Source: Chryseobacterium gleum
Lineage (GTDB): Bacteria > Bacteroidota > Bacteroidia > Flavobacteriales_C > GCA-002722245
NCBI GenBank assembly: GCA_945871895.1
Contig: CAMBXP010000003.1
Span: 1,160 to 65,159, forward strand
Length of the DNA: 64,000 nt
Reading direction: 5' to 3'
Within the stretch, counting starts at the first letter, position 1, and every line of letters begins with the position of its first letter. Below the pieces are notes generated by a model, which saw only the letters and a list, made by a program, of their open reading frames with translations, was not told the DNA's origin and made no database searches. A program made the translations under genes and the position numbers. Shown in pieces: positions 10,518 through 20,253 of this stretch.

Positions 10518-11306
10518 ATGGCTGAATTAGTAATACCGTCGATGGCCGAAATGGCTGCAAAAGGCGAAACGCCCGATGTATTGTTTTGGGTTGGTTGTGC
10601 AGGTAGTTTCGATGACAGAGCGAAAAAAATTACGCGTTCCATGGCGAAATTGTTGAACAAAGCCAACATAAAATTTGCTGTTTTAGGTACTGAAGAATCG
10701 TGTACTGGCGATCCTGCTAAGCGCGCTGGAAACGAGTTTTTGTTTCAAATGCAGGCTTTCAACAACATTCAAGTGTTGAATGCTTATCACGTAAAAAAGA
10801 TTGTTACTACTTGTCCGCATTGCTTTAACACCCTTAAAAATGAATATCCCGAATTGGGCGGAAACTATGAATTAATGCACCATACACAATTGTTGCAAGA
10901 GTTGTTGAACGATGGTAAATTAACAATTGAGGGCGGTAAGTTCAAAGGCAAAAGAATTACTTTTCACGACCCTTGTTACTTGGGAAGAGCAAACGATATT
11001 TATGAAGCACCAAGAGATTTAATTGAAAAATTAGATTCTGAATTTGTGGAGATGAAACGTTCGAAAGCAAAAGGTTTGTGCTGTGGAGCAGGGGGTGCGC
11101 AAATGTTTAAAGAATCCGAGAAAGGAAATAAAGATGTGAATATTGAGAGAACCGAAGATGCTTTAGAAACCTCACCCGATATTATCGCTACGGGCTGTCC
11201 GTTTTGCAACACCATGCTTACCGACGGTGTGAAAAATAAAGAAAAAGAAGGTAGCATTAAAGTTTTCGATTTAGCCGAATTGATAGCGCAAGCGAGTGAT
11301 TTATAA
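10518..11306 (+). CDS. (Fe-S)-binding protein with two cysteine-rich CCG domains (C-terminal half of HdrD/GlcF/LutA-like)
   Basis: CCG motifs (CPHCFNTL, CYLGR, CCGAGG, GCPFCNTM). It starts 3 bp after the in-frame TAG of the previous gene. Confidence 0.7.
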   Translation: MAELVIPSMAEMAAKGETPDVLFWVGCAGSFDDRAKKITRSMAKLLNKANIKFAVLGTEESCTGDPAKRAGNEFLFQMQAFNNIQVLNAYHVKKIVTTCPHCFNTLKNEYPELGGNYELMHHTQLLQELLNDGKLTIEGGKFKGKRITFHDPCYLGRANDIYEAPRDLIEKLDSEFVEMKRSKAKGLCCGAGGAQMFKESEKGNKDVNIERTEDALETSPDIIATGCPFCNTMLTDGVKNKEKEGSIKVFDLAELIAQASDL

Positions 11307-11336
11307 ATTAGTTCAAGGTTCAATGTTTAAAGTTCA

Positions 11337-11834
11337 ATGTTAGCAATGGTTCAAACAATACTTCATAATAATCTTCCAGCCACATCAAGAGTTTGGATAT
11401 ACCAAGCCAACAGAATTCTTACTGATGCTGAAGTGAGTAAAGCGAACGATTTTATTCAAGCTTTTTTGCCACAGTGGAAATCGCATGGCAAAGATTTAGC
11501 AGCATCGATTGAAGTGCTTCACCATCTTTTTATCGTTGTTACAGCCGATGAAGGCGTAGAAGCTCCATCGGGCTGTTCTATAGATTCATCTGTGAAGTTG
11601 GTTAAAGAAATCGCCGCAGCTTTAAATGTTGATTTTTTCGATCGATTGGTGATTCCATATCTTCAAGACAACAAGATCTATTTAACCAAGATGTTTCAAT
11701 TTCAAGACAAGTTGAAAGCAGGCGAATTAACTCAGGATACTATCGTTTTCAATAATTTGGTGGATAGTAAAGCGAAACTAGAAAGCACTTGGATTGTTCC
11801 TGTTAAAGAGAGCTGGCATAAGCAATTGTTGTAA
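11337..11834 (+). CDS. conserved hypothetical protein (Bacteroidota-specific, ~165 aa)
   Basis: ORF with no recognisable catalytic motif. It is tightly linked downstream of the Fe-S pair. Confidence 0.4.
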   Translation: MLAMVQTILHNNLPATSRVWIYQANRILTDAEVSKANDFIQAFLPQWKSHGKDLAASIEVLHHLFIVVTADEGVEAPSGCSIDSSVKLVKEIAAALNVDFFDRLVIPYLQDNKIYLTKMFQFQDKLKAGELTQDTIVFNNLVDSKAKLESTWIVPVKESWHKQLL

Positions 11835-11844
11835 AATCTATGTC

Positions 11845-11940
11845 TTCGCAGAGTCAGCTAGAATCTGACTTAAAAAGATTAGGTTCCTTTAAAGAATCTG
11901 ATTGTTCTTCTGTTTTAAGACAGATTCTATCTGTCTCTAC
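11845..11940. repeat. Hairpin repeat (family A, degenerate copy) at a convergent gene junction; likely bidirectional terminator
   Basis: Arms cagagtcagctagaatctgactt ... aagacagattctatctgtctctac. It shares the core AGAATCTGACTT / CAGATTCTATCTG with 57853-57950. Confidence 0.6.
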
Positions 11941-11952
11941 CCGAAGATAAAA

Positions 11953-14175
11953 TCACTTTTTCTTTTTCCCTCCACCCAACTGTAAAAAGTTGTAATACAA
12001 GTTTGATTTCAATCTATCGGGAGTGTCTTTCCCCTTAATTTGGTAAGACTTGTTAAAAATAACTTTCCCCTTTTCAATATCGGCTACCATCATGTAATGG
12101 TAAGTGTAATAATCGGGTGTTGCAGCATCGTAAAAGAAGTAAGGCGCAAGCACTGGCAAGTACACACAATACATTATTAAATTCACTGGGTCGGCCATGG
12201 CATCGGGTTCGGTAAGTGCAAATACGCTGTTCCATCCCAGGTATTTTGTTTTGTGTTTCTCAAGCAGCATGTCAACCAATTGATAATCTGCAGAAAGAAC
12301 ACTGTCTAAATCCTTATGCTTATAGAGTTCGTCGATAAAGTTGTTGAGTCGGGCAATGTCGTTGAACAAACTAACCTGCTTAGTGTTTAGGAATTTAGAA
12401 TCGAGTAAGTCTACATCTAATTTTGCTTTTTTAGCGATTTCTTTAATTGATTTACTATATTCTTTTCTTGCGTTTTCCGACTCCAATGCATTGAATTTTT
12501 CTGTAAAAAAAGTGTTGTTTATTTTGAAATAGGAAGGGTCAACCATTACTATTTTATTTAGATACATTGGCTTAATGCTGGGTGGGTTGTAGGCGTATAA
12601 ATCCTGAGAAATATAAACTGTAGATGGAATATTGCTAGGTAATTCTTTATTTGATTGGGCAGTGTTAAATGCCGATTTGAATTCTTCTTTTTTAAATAGT
12701 TCACTGAAAGCATAGCGCAGTTCTATTTTGCTGGTGTCGGCCGGTCGCTTGCCATAACCGTAGTAATGATTTACTTTCATTTTACCAATTGTGGCAGGTT
12801 TCACAACATTTAAAGTACTTGTATCTCTAACTGGTGATATCTCGCTAAAGGAATTGGAAACTGGATAGATTTTCATCATTTCATTCATTAGCTCAATTGC
12901 CTTTTTCTTTAAGTCTTTTCTGCTTGGGAAAGCAAAATAAGTATTCCATAAATATTGAATAGCCAGCACATCTAATTCTTCTTTTTTTAGCACAGAAAAA
13001 AGCAAATGCAATTGTTGCGATTCCCCTTCAATGTTTTCGTGATGCGCATTCACATACTGCAATGCATTTTTGTTGCTGTACTTAGCTAAAAAATACAGGC
13101 TATTGGCAATATTGCTTAGTAGGAATTCATTGTTTGGATATTTTTGCAAAAGCAGATAACTATTGTAAATAGCTGCTGCATATTGTCTGTCGTATAGATA
13201 CAACGAGCTCAACTCAAAGCGCGCAATATCTCTGCAGTAATGAAATTGATTTTTTGGAAGTATGAAACTATCTATTTCGCCATTCATGATTTTATTGATG
13301 GCATTGTTTCTTAAAATAACATTGGGTTGCGTATAATTTTCATCAGCTTCAGTAATCGGATTTACCTCCGTAAAGAAGTAAGTATCGGGAATCTTAAAAT
13401 TGGTTGAATTAAAAAAGCGAATATCAAATGCTTCTTGAGCTACTGGATGATTGCCGGAATTAAAAATTTTTAAAACTCCATTGATGGCATTGCTTGAATA
13501 GTTGGTGCTAAACAATACAGTCGCCAAAGAATCGGCTTGTTCCTCTTGCGCGTCGCTAAAATTACTCGATTTTAAAAGATTGTCTTCAATGAGTTTTAGG
13601 TTGTAAGCGCCATTGTTGCTAATGTCGTTATCGAGGTATAGTTTGGCTTGGTGTTTTAATTTGTAATGTGCTATTTCACGCGCCAGAATAAATGCTAGCT
13701 GTGCCTCATTATTGATGCGTGCCAGTAATCCACTACTAATTAACACAACACCTTCTTGATTGCTAAGTGTGCTTACAAAAGCCGACTTAACCACAAAGAA
13801 ATTTAATTTTGCGAATGTTTCTTCTTCGTTTTTAAGTAATTGCTTGGCCACTAATTTTATGTATCCGCTAAGTGTATCGTTAAACACAACATTGCCGCTT
13901 AGCAGCAACTCCGACGTAACAAAACTACTTTCTATTATCGAACGTTGTTTTGCCTTTTTTTCAAGCCAATTATCGTTTTTAGAAATATTTTTCTTTTCGG
14001 CTTCTTGAATTCTTTTCTCGATAGTTTTGGTAATTACTTTGGGTATTACACCCGTGCTGTAAATACCTTGGTAATTTGCTAAATCAATATGTTGGGCGAA
14101 AAGAGTAGGCGATAAAAATAGGAATGCTATTAGAAAGGAAATTATTTTTGCTGATATTTTAGGCGTATTTTGCAT
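11953..14175 (-). CDS. BepA-like M48 metallopeptidase-domain protein with TPR-like C-terminal extension (zinc motif reads RExxH)
   Basis: INNEAQLAFILAREIAHYKLKH aligns with the BepA/YfgC motif INNEAELASVMAHEISHVTQRH. The signal peptide begins at MQNTPK..., so the likely start is 14175, not 14232. The long C-terminus is helical. Confidence 0.55.
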   Translation of the reverse strand: MQNTPKISAKIISFLIAFLFLSPTLFAQHIDLANYQGIYSTGVIPKVITKTIEKRIQEAEKKNISKNDNWLEKKAKQRSIIESSFVTSELLLSGNVVFNDTLSGYIKLVAKQLLKNEEETFAKLNFFVVKSAFVSTLSNQEGVVLISSGLLARINNEAQLAFILAREIAHYKLKHQAKLYLDNDISNNGAYNLKLIEDNLLKSSNFSDAQEEQADSLATVLFSTNYSSNAINGVLKIFNSGNHPVAQEAFDIRFFNSTNFKIPDTYFFTEVNPITEADENYTQPNVILRNNAINKIMNGEIDSFILPKNQFHYCRDIARFELSSLYLYDRQYAAAIYNSYLLLQKYPNNEFLLSNIANSLYFLAKYSNKNALQYVNAHHENIEGESQQLHLLFSVLKKEELDVLAIQYLWNTYFAFPSRKDLKKKAIELMNEMMKIYPVSNSFSEISPVRDTSTLNVVKPATIGKMKVNHYYGYGKRPADTSKIELRYAFSELFKKEEFKSAFNTAQSNKELPSNIPSTVYISQDLYAYNPPSIKPMYLNKIVMVDPSYFKINNTFFTEKFNALESENARKEYSKSIKEIAKKAKLDVDLLDSKFLNTKQVSLFNDIARLNNFIDELYKHKDLDSVLSADYQLVDMLLEKHKTKYLGWNSVFALTEPDAMADPVNLIMYCVYLPVLAPYFFYDAATPDYYTYHYMMVADIEKGKVIFNKSYQIKGKDTPDRLKSNLYYNFLQLGGGKKKK

Positions 14176-14207
14176 TACTTTTACCAAGTTAACCAAAAGA
14201 ACTAAAA

Positions 14208-14894
14208 GTGCAATACAAAAGAAAAATACCAATTGGGTTTATTATCTTGTTTTTATGTTTCGCCATTTCTAATGCTGGGGCACAAAGAATTGTGCCTGGT
14301 TACCTAGGTAAAAAAAATATTGTTTTTGGAAGTGGCAAAATTCATTTACTAACGGCCTACAATTATGTATTGGGTGCTGATGTCGTTCAGCCTGCCCTCT
14401 GCAAGAGGTCTTTGACATGGGATGTAGGTGTGCAGCGAGTGATTGGTCGCTCGGGAATGATGGGCGCTTCTTTCTCGTATTTTACTAATGATGTTTTTAG
14501 CGCAGTAAGCGATATTTATGAGGCGTCACATTACTCGGGCTATGATTTAGGCGTTCAGTTTCGCTCCTATTATTACCGTTCAAAAGGAAGTATCGCTCCT
14601 GTTGGAAGACATTTCAGATACAATCTTCTGTTGAATGCTTACACATTGAATACCGATGCTAATAATGCGCTAATTGGCAAAACTACAGAATTAGGATTTG
14701 GTTTGGGAGCCGGAAATTCGAGGGTTTTGTATGATAAGTTATGGGTGGATTACGGTTGGGAGTTTAATGTCCTTATCAATGTTTACGATCAGCAAGATGT
14801 GGTAAGAGGTTTTGACTATACTGCCCAGGCGCGTGCAAACATACGAAGAATGGCGCTTATTACATTTAAGATGAATTTTGGTTATTTGTATTGA
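14208..14894 (+). CDS. hypothetical secreted or outer-membrane protein
   Basis: Signal peptide (FIILFLCFAISNAGAQ), beta-rich sequence and a C-terminal aromatic residue. Confidence 0.4.
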   Translation: MQYKRKIPIGFIILFLCFAISNAGAQRIVPGYLGKKNIVFGSGKIHLLTAYNYVLGADVVQPALCKRSLTWDVGVQRVIGRSGMMGASFSYFTNDVFSAVSDIYEASHYSGYDLGVQFRSYYYRSKGSIAPVGRHFRYNLLLNAYTLNTDANNALIGKTTELGFGLGAGNSRVLYDKLWVDYGWEFNVLINVYDQQDVVRGFDYTAQARANIRRMALITFKMNFGYLY

Positions 14895-14895
14895 T

Positions 14896-15714
14896 TTACA
14901 AAATAGACTGACGCACACGCACCAATTTTTCCAATAAACCTTCCAATAAATCCAGTTGCAACATATTTGCTCCATCTGATTTCGCTTCACTAGGTTTAGG
15001 ATGCGTTTCAATGAAGAGTCCGTCTACACCAACCGCTATACCTGCTTTAGCAATGGTTTCAATTAATTGGGGTTTGCCTCCAGTTACGCCACTGTTTTGA
15101 TTGGGTTGTTGCAAGGAATGTGTTATATCAAGCACTACAGGGTGACCGAATTCTTGCATTTCGGGAATATTACGATAGTCAACTATCAAATCTTGATAGC
15201 CAAAAGAATTTCCTCTTTCTGTAAACCACACATGTGGATTTCCGCTATCAACAACCTTTTGGGCAGCAAATTTCATAGCGCCCGAGTTAACGAACTGACC
15301 TTTTTTAATGTTCACCACCTTGCCAGTGTTAGCAGCAGCAATCAATAAATCGGTTTGTCGGCAAAGAAAGGCTGGTATTTGCAATACATCAACATATTCA
15401 GCGGCAATAGCAGCATCATGAGATTCGTGAATATCGGTGACGGTAGGAACGCCAAACGTCTCAGATACTTTTTTCAATATTTTAAGTGCTTTTTCGTCAC
15501 CAATGCCTGTAAAAGAATCAACTCGAGAGCGGTTTGCTTTTTTAAATGAACCTTTGAAGATAAAGGGTATTTCTAGTTTGTTTGTAATTTTTACAATACG
15601 TTCAGCTATTTGTAAAGCAATGTCTTCTCCTTCAATGGCGCAGGGACCTGCAATTAAAAAGAAGTTGCCAGATGAAGTGTGTTTTATTTTGGGTAGGTAG
15701 CTGATGTTGACCAT
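14896..15714 (-). CDS. kdsA: 3-deoxy-8-phosphooctulonate synthase (KDO8P synthase)
   Basis: FFLIAGPCAIEGE, KGSFKKANRSRVDSFTGIG and KVVNIKKGQF motifs. Starting at the internal Met (MVNISY...) removes the 34-bp overlap with the downstream GT4 gene; the track ORF extends to 15768. Confidence 0.9.
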   Translation of the reverse strand: MVNISYLPKIKHTSSGNFFLIAGPCAIEGEDIALQIAERIVKITNKLEIPFIFKGSFKKANRSRVDSFTGIGDEKALKILKKVSETFGVPTVTDIHESHDAAIAAEYVDVLQIPAFLCRQTDLLIAAANTGKVVNIKKGQFVNSGAMKFAAQKVVDSGNPHVWFTERGNSFGYQDLIVDYRNIPEMQEFGHPVVLDITHSLQQPNQNSGVTGGKPQLIETIAKAGIAVGVDGLFIETHPKPSEAKSDGANMLQLDLLEGLLEKLVRVRQSIL

Positions 15715-15734
15715 GGTGTTGATAAATGTGTTTT

Positions 15735-16877
15735 TTACTTTTTTTCTTGTAGAACAATTTTGTAGCATTTTTCAGTCTCTTCTACATTTTTTTTCCAACT
15801 AAAGTATTGCAATCTTTTTTGTCCTTCAGATATTTTGTTGGCGATGAATTCTTTGTTTTCTAGCTTGGATAGGGCTTCAATAAAAGAATCTTTGTTTTTG
15901 TTTTCAAAGTATATTCCAGCTTCTCCAGCAATTTCGGGGAAACAAGAACATTGGGTGAGAATGATGGGACAATTGTTTTTTAGCGCCTCAACAATTGGAA
16001 GTCCGAAACCTTCATATTCAGATGGGAAAAGTAATGCTTTTGCCTCTGCATATAATATTGCTAATTCTTCATCGCTAACAAATTTTCGCTGCACAAAATC
16101 AATGATGCCTGCCTTTTTCATTTTTTCCATTTCCTTGGGCGTGTATGGAGATCCGCTGGTGTATAATAGAAGGTCTTTATTTAAAACAGCAGATAATGCA
16201 TCAATCAAAAAATCGAAGTTTTTGTATCCTTCTCTACTTCCAACATATAAAAGATAATTGGTTTTATTTGTTTGGTTGTTAATTTCTTGATGTTCGATAT
16301 CACAGCCTAAATATATGCGGGTTACAATTTTTTCATTTATTTCTGGAAAAAAGTGCAACAAATCCTTCTTGGTATTTGAAGAAACGGTGATGATGTGATG
16401 GGCTTTTCGAATAAGAGCTGCCTTGTTTTTAGCCATTTCTTTGTATCCGCGTTGATTAGGATACAATTCTGGAATCATATCATGTATAGTAATTACCAAT
16501 TTTGTAGAACCCAAATGATCAAGATAGGCAGGGTTGTAAAATGAGGGATGGAATATGTTGTATTTTCCTGATTTTAGCTCGTGAATAACTCTTTTTTCGT
16601 TGCTCCTACGTAGGCTATTTTTTATTCTTCCAAAACTTGATAAATTAAGCGAATTAACAAGGTTATTGGTTTTAGGAAAGTTAAATAAAGCTTGAATTTC
16701 TTTGTTTTTAATGAAATTAGAACCTAGATGTGCTGAAAATTCGTTGTTTTTATTTACGCCTTTTAATACCTCCGTATAGTAACGTGGTATACCGCCAAAA
16801 GCAATTATGTCGAAGATTTCTGTGTCGTATAGAATTTTTGCTTTCGTCATTTTACTCAAAGAGGGATTAAAATACAA
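15735..16877 (-). CDS. glycosyltransferase family 4 (GT-B, GT1-like)
   Basis: EX7E-type C-terminal motif (PSEYEGFGLPIVEALKNNCPIILT). Confidence 0.85.
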   Translation of the reverse strand: MYFNPSLSKMTKAKILYDTEIFDIIAFGGIPRYYTEVLKGVNKNNEFSAHLGSNFIKNKEIQALFNFPKTNNLVNSLNLSSFGRIKNSLRRSNEKRVIHELKSGKYNIFHPSFYNPAYLDHLGSTKLVITIHDMIPELYPNQRGYKEMAKNKAALIRKAHHIITVSSNTKKDLLHFFPEINEKIVTRIYLGCDIEHQEINNQTNKTNYLLYVGSREGYKNFDFLIDALSAVLNKDLLLYTSGSPYTPKEMEKMKKAGIIDFVQRKFVSDEELAILYAEAKALLFPSEYEGFGLPIVEALKNNCPIILTQCSCFPEIAGEAGIYFENKNKDSFIEALSKLENKEFIANKISEGQKRLQYFSWKKNVEETEKCYKIVLQEKK

Positions 16878-16885
16878 CTTGTTTT

Positions 16886-17686
16886 TTATTTTTTTCCAAT
16901 TTCTTTTTGAATATAGGAGAAGTCCTTTTGTAGTAAGCTTTTTTTGTTTTTAAAATTTCTGCCTAAAATTTTGTCTTTATAATGGTGTATTAGAGAATGT
17001 ATTTTCACTGGGTTAAAAGTGAATTTTTTAGGAGTAAGCAAATGCAGGTTGTAGTTGTTGGTGTATAGATTGCAATTGTATTTTTTTGCTAAAAATTGCA
17101 GTGATTTTAGCGAGTACAAAGAGATGTGTTGTCCGGTTTCTGGGGCAAAGTACCACCAATCAGAAATTTTAGTGATGTTATTGTTGGGTTGTAATTCTGT
17201 TGTGAAAAGCACAGATGAAGATCGCTTAAACATTTTGTCGATCTCTGTTAATGGATTATCTAAATGTTCAAAAACTTCAAAAGTAGTAAGCAATTCAAAT
17301 TGTTTTTTTTCATCGAAAGAGGAAGTGTCGAAATAGTTGGCAAAAATATTCTGACAATACGGGTCTTCTACATAGAATTTAAAACCTTTGTCTCTCATTA
17401 TTCTCACAAATAAGCCATACCCGCCACCGTAGTCGATGAAATCACCTTTATCATTAAAACTAGATTGCACAATCGATGAAACGACTTCTGATAAAGAGAT
17501 ATTCCTTGTGACATAACCAATATCAAGTGAAGTAATTGCGTTACTGTAGGCTTCATTTAACCAATAAGGTTTTTCTGTTTGTATAAATTCACACTGAGTA
17601 CATTTGTGATATTTCACTTGGTGTTTATTCATTACTAAAGTAGTGAATAATAGCTTTGTTTCGCTGTTACAGATATTGCAATTCAT
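16886..17686 (-). CDS. class I SAM-dependent methyltransferase with N-terminal zinc ribbon
   Basis: CxxC...CxxC (MNCNICNSE...CTQCEF) and a methyltransferase motif I-like FIDYGGGYGLF. Confidence 0.65.
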   Translation of the reverse strand: MNCNICNSETKLLFTTLVMNKHQVKYHKCTQCEFIQTEKPYWLNEAYSNAITSLDIGYVTRNISLSEVVSSIVQSSFNDKGDFIDYGGGYGLFVRIMRDKGFKFYVEDPYCQNIFANYFDTSSFDEKKQFELLTTFEVFEHLDNPLTEIDKMFKRSSSVLFTTELQPNNNITKISDWWYFAPETGQHISLYSLKSLQFLAKKYNCNLYTNNYNLHLLTPKKFTFNPVKIHSLIHHYKDKILGRNFKNKKSLLQKDFSYIQKEIGKK

Positions 17687-17785
17687 AGCATCAAACTTAA
17701 GTGATTCTCCTCATTTTATCAATTTTAGCCGCAAAGTTTTATAAATTAGTATAAGTAAGTGCTATGTTTATGTTAATTTCGAAAA

Positions 17786-18757
17786 ATGCATGAATCTTTA
17801 AAAATATCTATCATAACCCCGTCGTTCAATCAAGGACATTTTATAGAGGAGACAATACAGTCTGTTGTTCAGCAGAATTATGCCAATATAGAATATATTC
17901 TAATGGATGGCGGTAGCAAAGACAATACGGTTGATGTAATTAAGAGATACGACTCTCAAATTACTTACTGGGAAAGCAAAAAAGACAAAGGTCAGTCGGA
18001 TGCCATAAATAAAGGTTTGGCGAGAGCAACTGGTGATATTGTGGCCTGGTTGAATAGTGATGATATGTACACTGAAAATGCTCTTAAAAGAGTAGCTGCT
18101 ATTTTTACAAAATATCCAGAAGTAGATGTGGTATATGGAAACGTTTGGCAATGTTATCCCGATAAAACAGAAAAACATATCAACGTTAAATTCAATCCCA
18201 AGCATTTCCTTGCAGGTGTAAATATGCATCAACCTTCTGTTTTTTGGCGAAGAAGAGTGCATGATGAAGTGGGTTTTATTGATGAAAGTTTATATTATAC
18301 TATGGACTATGATTTGTGGTTAAGGTTGTTTTACAACTATAAATCCTACAAAACAGAGACTATCTTAAGTAAGTTTCGTTGTCATGAAGACGCAAAGACA
18401 AGTAAAAATCCTAAGGGGATTTATATGGATTATAGGAAGTGTATATCAAGATTTTTTCGTTCGGCAGGTTTCGATAAACATATTTCGGTTTTGCGCGCAC
18501 TTAAAATTTACGATTCCCATGAAACCACAAGCTATACTATTAAGCAAGAATTTACAGAAACAGCAAAGCAGCAAATTATTGATGAATATATTTTTAACTG
18601 CGGAGTGCAAGAGTATTCCTTTGGAAATGTATCGTCGGCAAATAAAATATTGAATTATTGTCTTACATCTTCTTATAAAAAACAAGCCCGCCGTTTCATG
18701 CTGAAAAATAATTTAGGAGTAAGAAAAATGCTTAATTTATTTAAGAAAGAAGCTTAG
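17786..18757 (+). CDS. glycosyltransferase family 2
   Basis: ISIITPSFNQGHFIEETIQSV...ILMDGGSKDNT...WLNSDDMY (DxD). Confidence 0.85.
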   Translation: MHESLKISIITPSFNQGHFIEETIQSVVQQNYANIEYILMDGGSKDNTVDVIKRYDSQITYWESKKDKGQSDAINKGLARATGDIVAWLNSDDMYTENALKRVAAIFTKYPEVDVVYGNVWQCYPDKTEKHINVKFNPKHFLAGVNMHQPSVFWRRRVHDEVGFIDESLYYTMDYDLWLRLFYNYKSYKTETILSKFRCHEDAKTSKNPKGIYMDYRKCISRFFRSAGFDKHISVLRALKIYDSHETTSYTIKQEFTETAKQQIIDEYIFNCGVQEYSFGNVSSANKILNYCLTSSYKKQARRFMLKNNLGVRKMLNLFKKEA

Positions 18758-18786
18758 TTTACTTGCTTTTTTCGGTGAAATGTTTG

Positions 18787-20091
18787 TGTGAACTTGCAAC
18801 AAAAAATGGGACAAAAAGTTAAGCGACATTTTTAAGATTCATTAATTGTTCAAATTCTACGATTGTTAAATTACCTAAAGCCGAGTGTCGTCGGTTTCTG
18901 TTATACCAAGTTTCAATCCACTCAAAAATTGATATTGCAGCTTGTTCTCTGTCCATGTAACGATTTCTATACACCAACTCAGTTTTAATAGTTTTAAAGA
19001 AGCTTTCGGCCACAGCATTATCCCAATACCCGAAAACTTTGTTTTCTCCTCTTAATATCAAATCTTTTCTGCTCATGCTTCTTTCAACGCACTTGTAGCT
19101 TGCTAGCAACTTAGCAAAAACGTGACAAGCATACTGAACGCCTCTATCGGAATGAAAAATCAAAGCGGAGGATGGTGGCCGATTTTTCACAGCCATTCTC
19201 CAAGCCGCAATGCAGGTATTTTCCGCACGTAAATTACTGCTAAGCACCCAACCCACTGCTTTGCGATCGCACAGATCTGGGATGATAGTTAAATAAAGCC
19301 ACCCTTTACCAGTTCTTATGTAAGTAATATCTGCTACCCACACTTGTCCGCTGTTTTCGGCGCTGAAGTTTCTATCCAACTTGTTTTCTACTGCAGGATA
19401 TTTGTGTTTTGAATTGGTGGTAACCACAAACTTTTTAGAGCGAACAGCCTTGATGCCGTTCTCTTTTTCATCAATCTAGCTACCCGAGGTCTTGATACAT
19501 CAAGCCCTCGTTTTCTTAGCTCTTCAGTCATTCTCGGACTACCATAACTAGCCTTGCACTCCTGATGTATCCGTTGAATTTCGGCTACCAGCATACGGTT
19601 CTCACCATCGCGTTTTGAAGGAAGATAATTTCTCATTCTATAATATCCGCTTTTACTCACTTTTAAAACTTTACACATTTTCCCAACTGGAAATTCCCGC
19701 TGATGGTCTTTTATAAACTGGAAGATTTCCTGTCGCTCACGGAGAAGATGCTCACGGCCTTTTTTAATATGTCGCGCTCCATCTTTACATCGGCCAGCTC
19801 TCTTTTTAGTCTGGCCAATTCTTTTTGCTCCTCTGTAAGTTGTTTTTTACCATTGCCGCTAAATGCTAGCGAGGATTTAAATTTTGCTCATGTCGCCAGC
19901 GGTAGATGAATTTTAGCAATATGCCTAACTCTCGTGCAATCTCTTGAACACTGCCTCGAACTTCGCTTAATTCAACTGCTTTTTGTTTGAATTCTTTGCT
20001 GTAAATTTTTCTTTCTTTTTTCATTTTATTAAGGTATTGATTTGTTTCAATTTACCCTTAACTTAGTATCCAGTCAAATGTAGCAAGTCCA
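18787..20091 (-). mobile_element. IS3-family insertion sequence, degenerate (frameshifted orfA and orfB)
   Basis: Imperfect terminal inverted repeats: TGTGAACTTGCAACAAAAAATGGG (18787-18810) against the reverse complement of 20070-20093 (CATGGACTTGCTACATTTGACTGG). The length of about 1.3 kb fits IS3. Confidence 0.6.
18819..20024 (-). pseudogene. IS3-family transposase OrfAB, disrupted by two frameshifts beyond the programmed one
   Basis: OrfA MKKERKIYSKEFKQKAVELSE... hits a stop after EQNLNPR, then resumes in another frame ([48 protein letters not shown]). The slippery A_AAA_AAG is retained at 19758-19764. The OrfB DDE core (HSDRGVQY...) is broken by a frameshift near 19440-19470 (LMKK|ENGIKAVRSKKFVVTTNSK). 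Confidence 0.8.
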
Positions 20092-20253
20092 TGAGTTAGT
20101 TGCAGCAAAATTAGAATTTTAAATGAAGATACAAAGTATAGCAAATTGTGTGGAAATTTAAATTATCAAAATACTATTAAGAAAAAATTCAGATGTTTGC
20201 ATCTATGAAAAGTAATTTCTTACTAATCCGATAAAAGAATTCAACCCATTTAA

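Noticed and set aside
14208-14232. Apparent 25-bp head-to-head overlap between the M48-like gene and the 14208 gene
   Set aside because: The M48-like protein has an internal Met followed by a clear signal peptide (MQNTPKISAKIISFLIAFLFLSPTLFAQ). Starting there (14175) removes the overlap, so it is an artefact of longest-ORF calling.
19703-19909. 68-aa plus-strand ORF inside the IS3 element
   Set aside because: It is antisense to the IS3 orfA/orfB overlap. The minus strand here encodes recognisable transposase sequence including the slippery site, so the plus-strand ORF is spurious.
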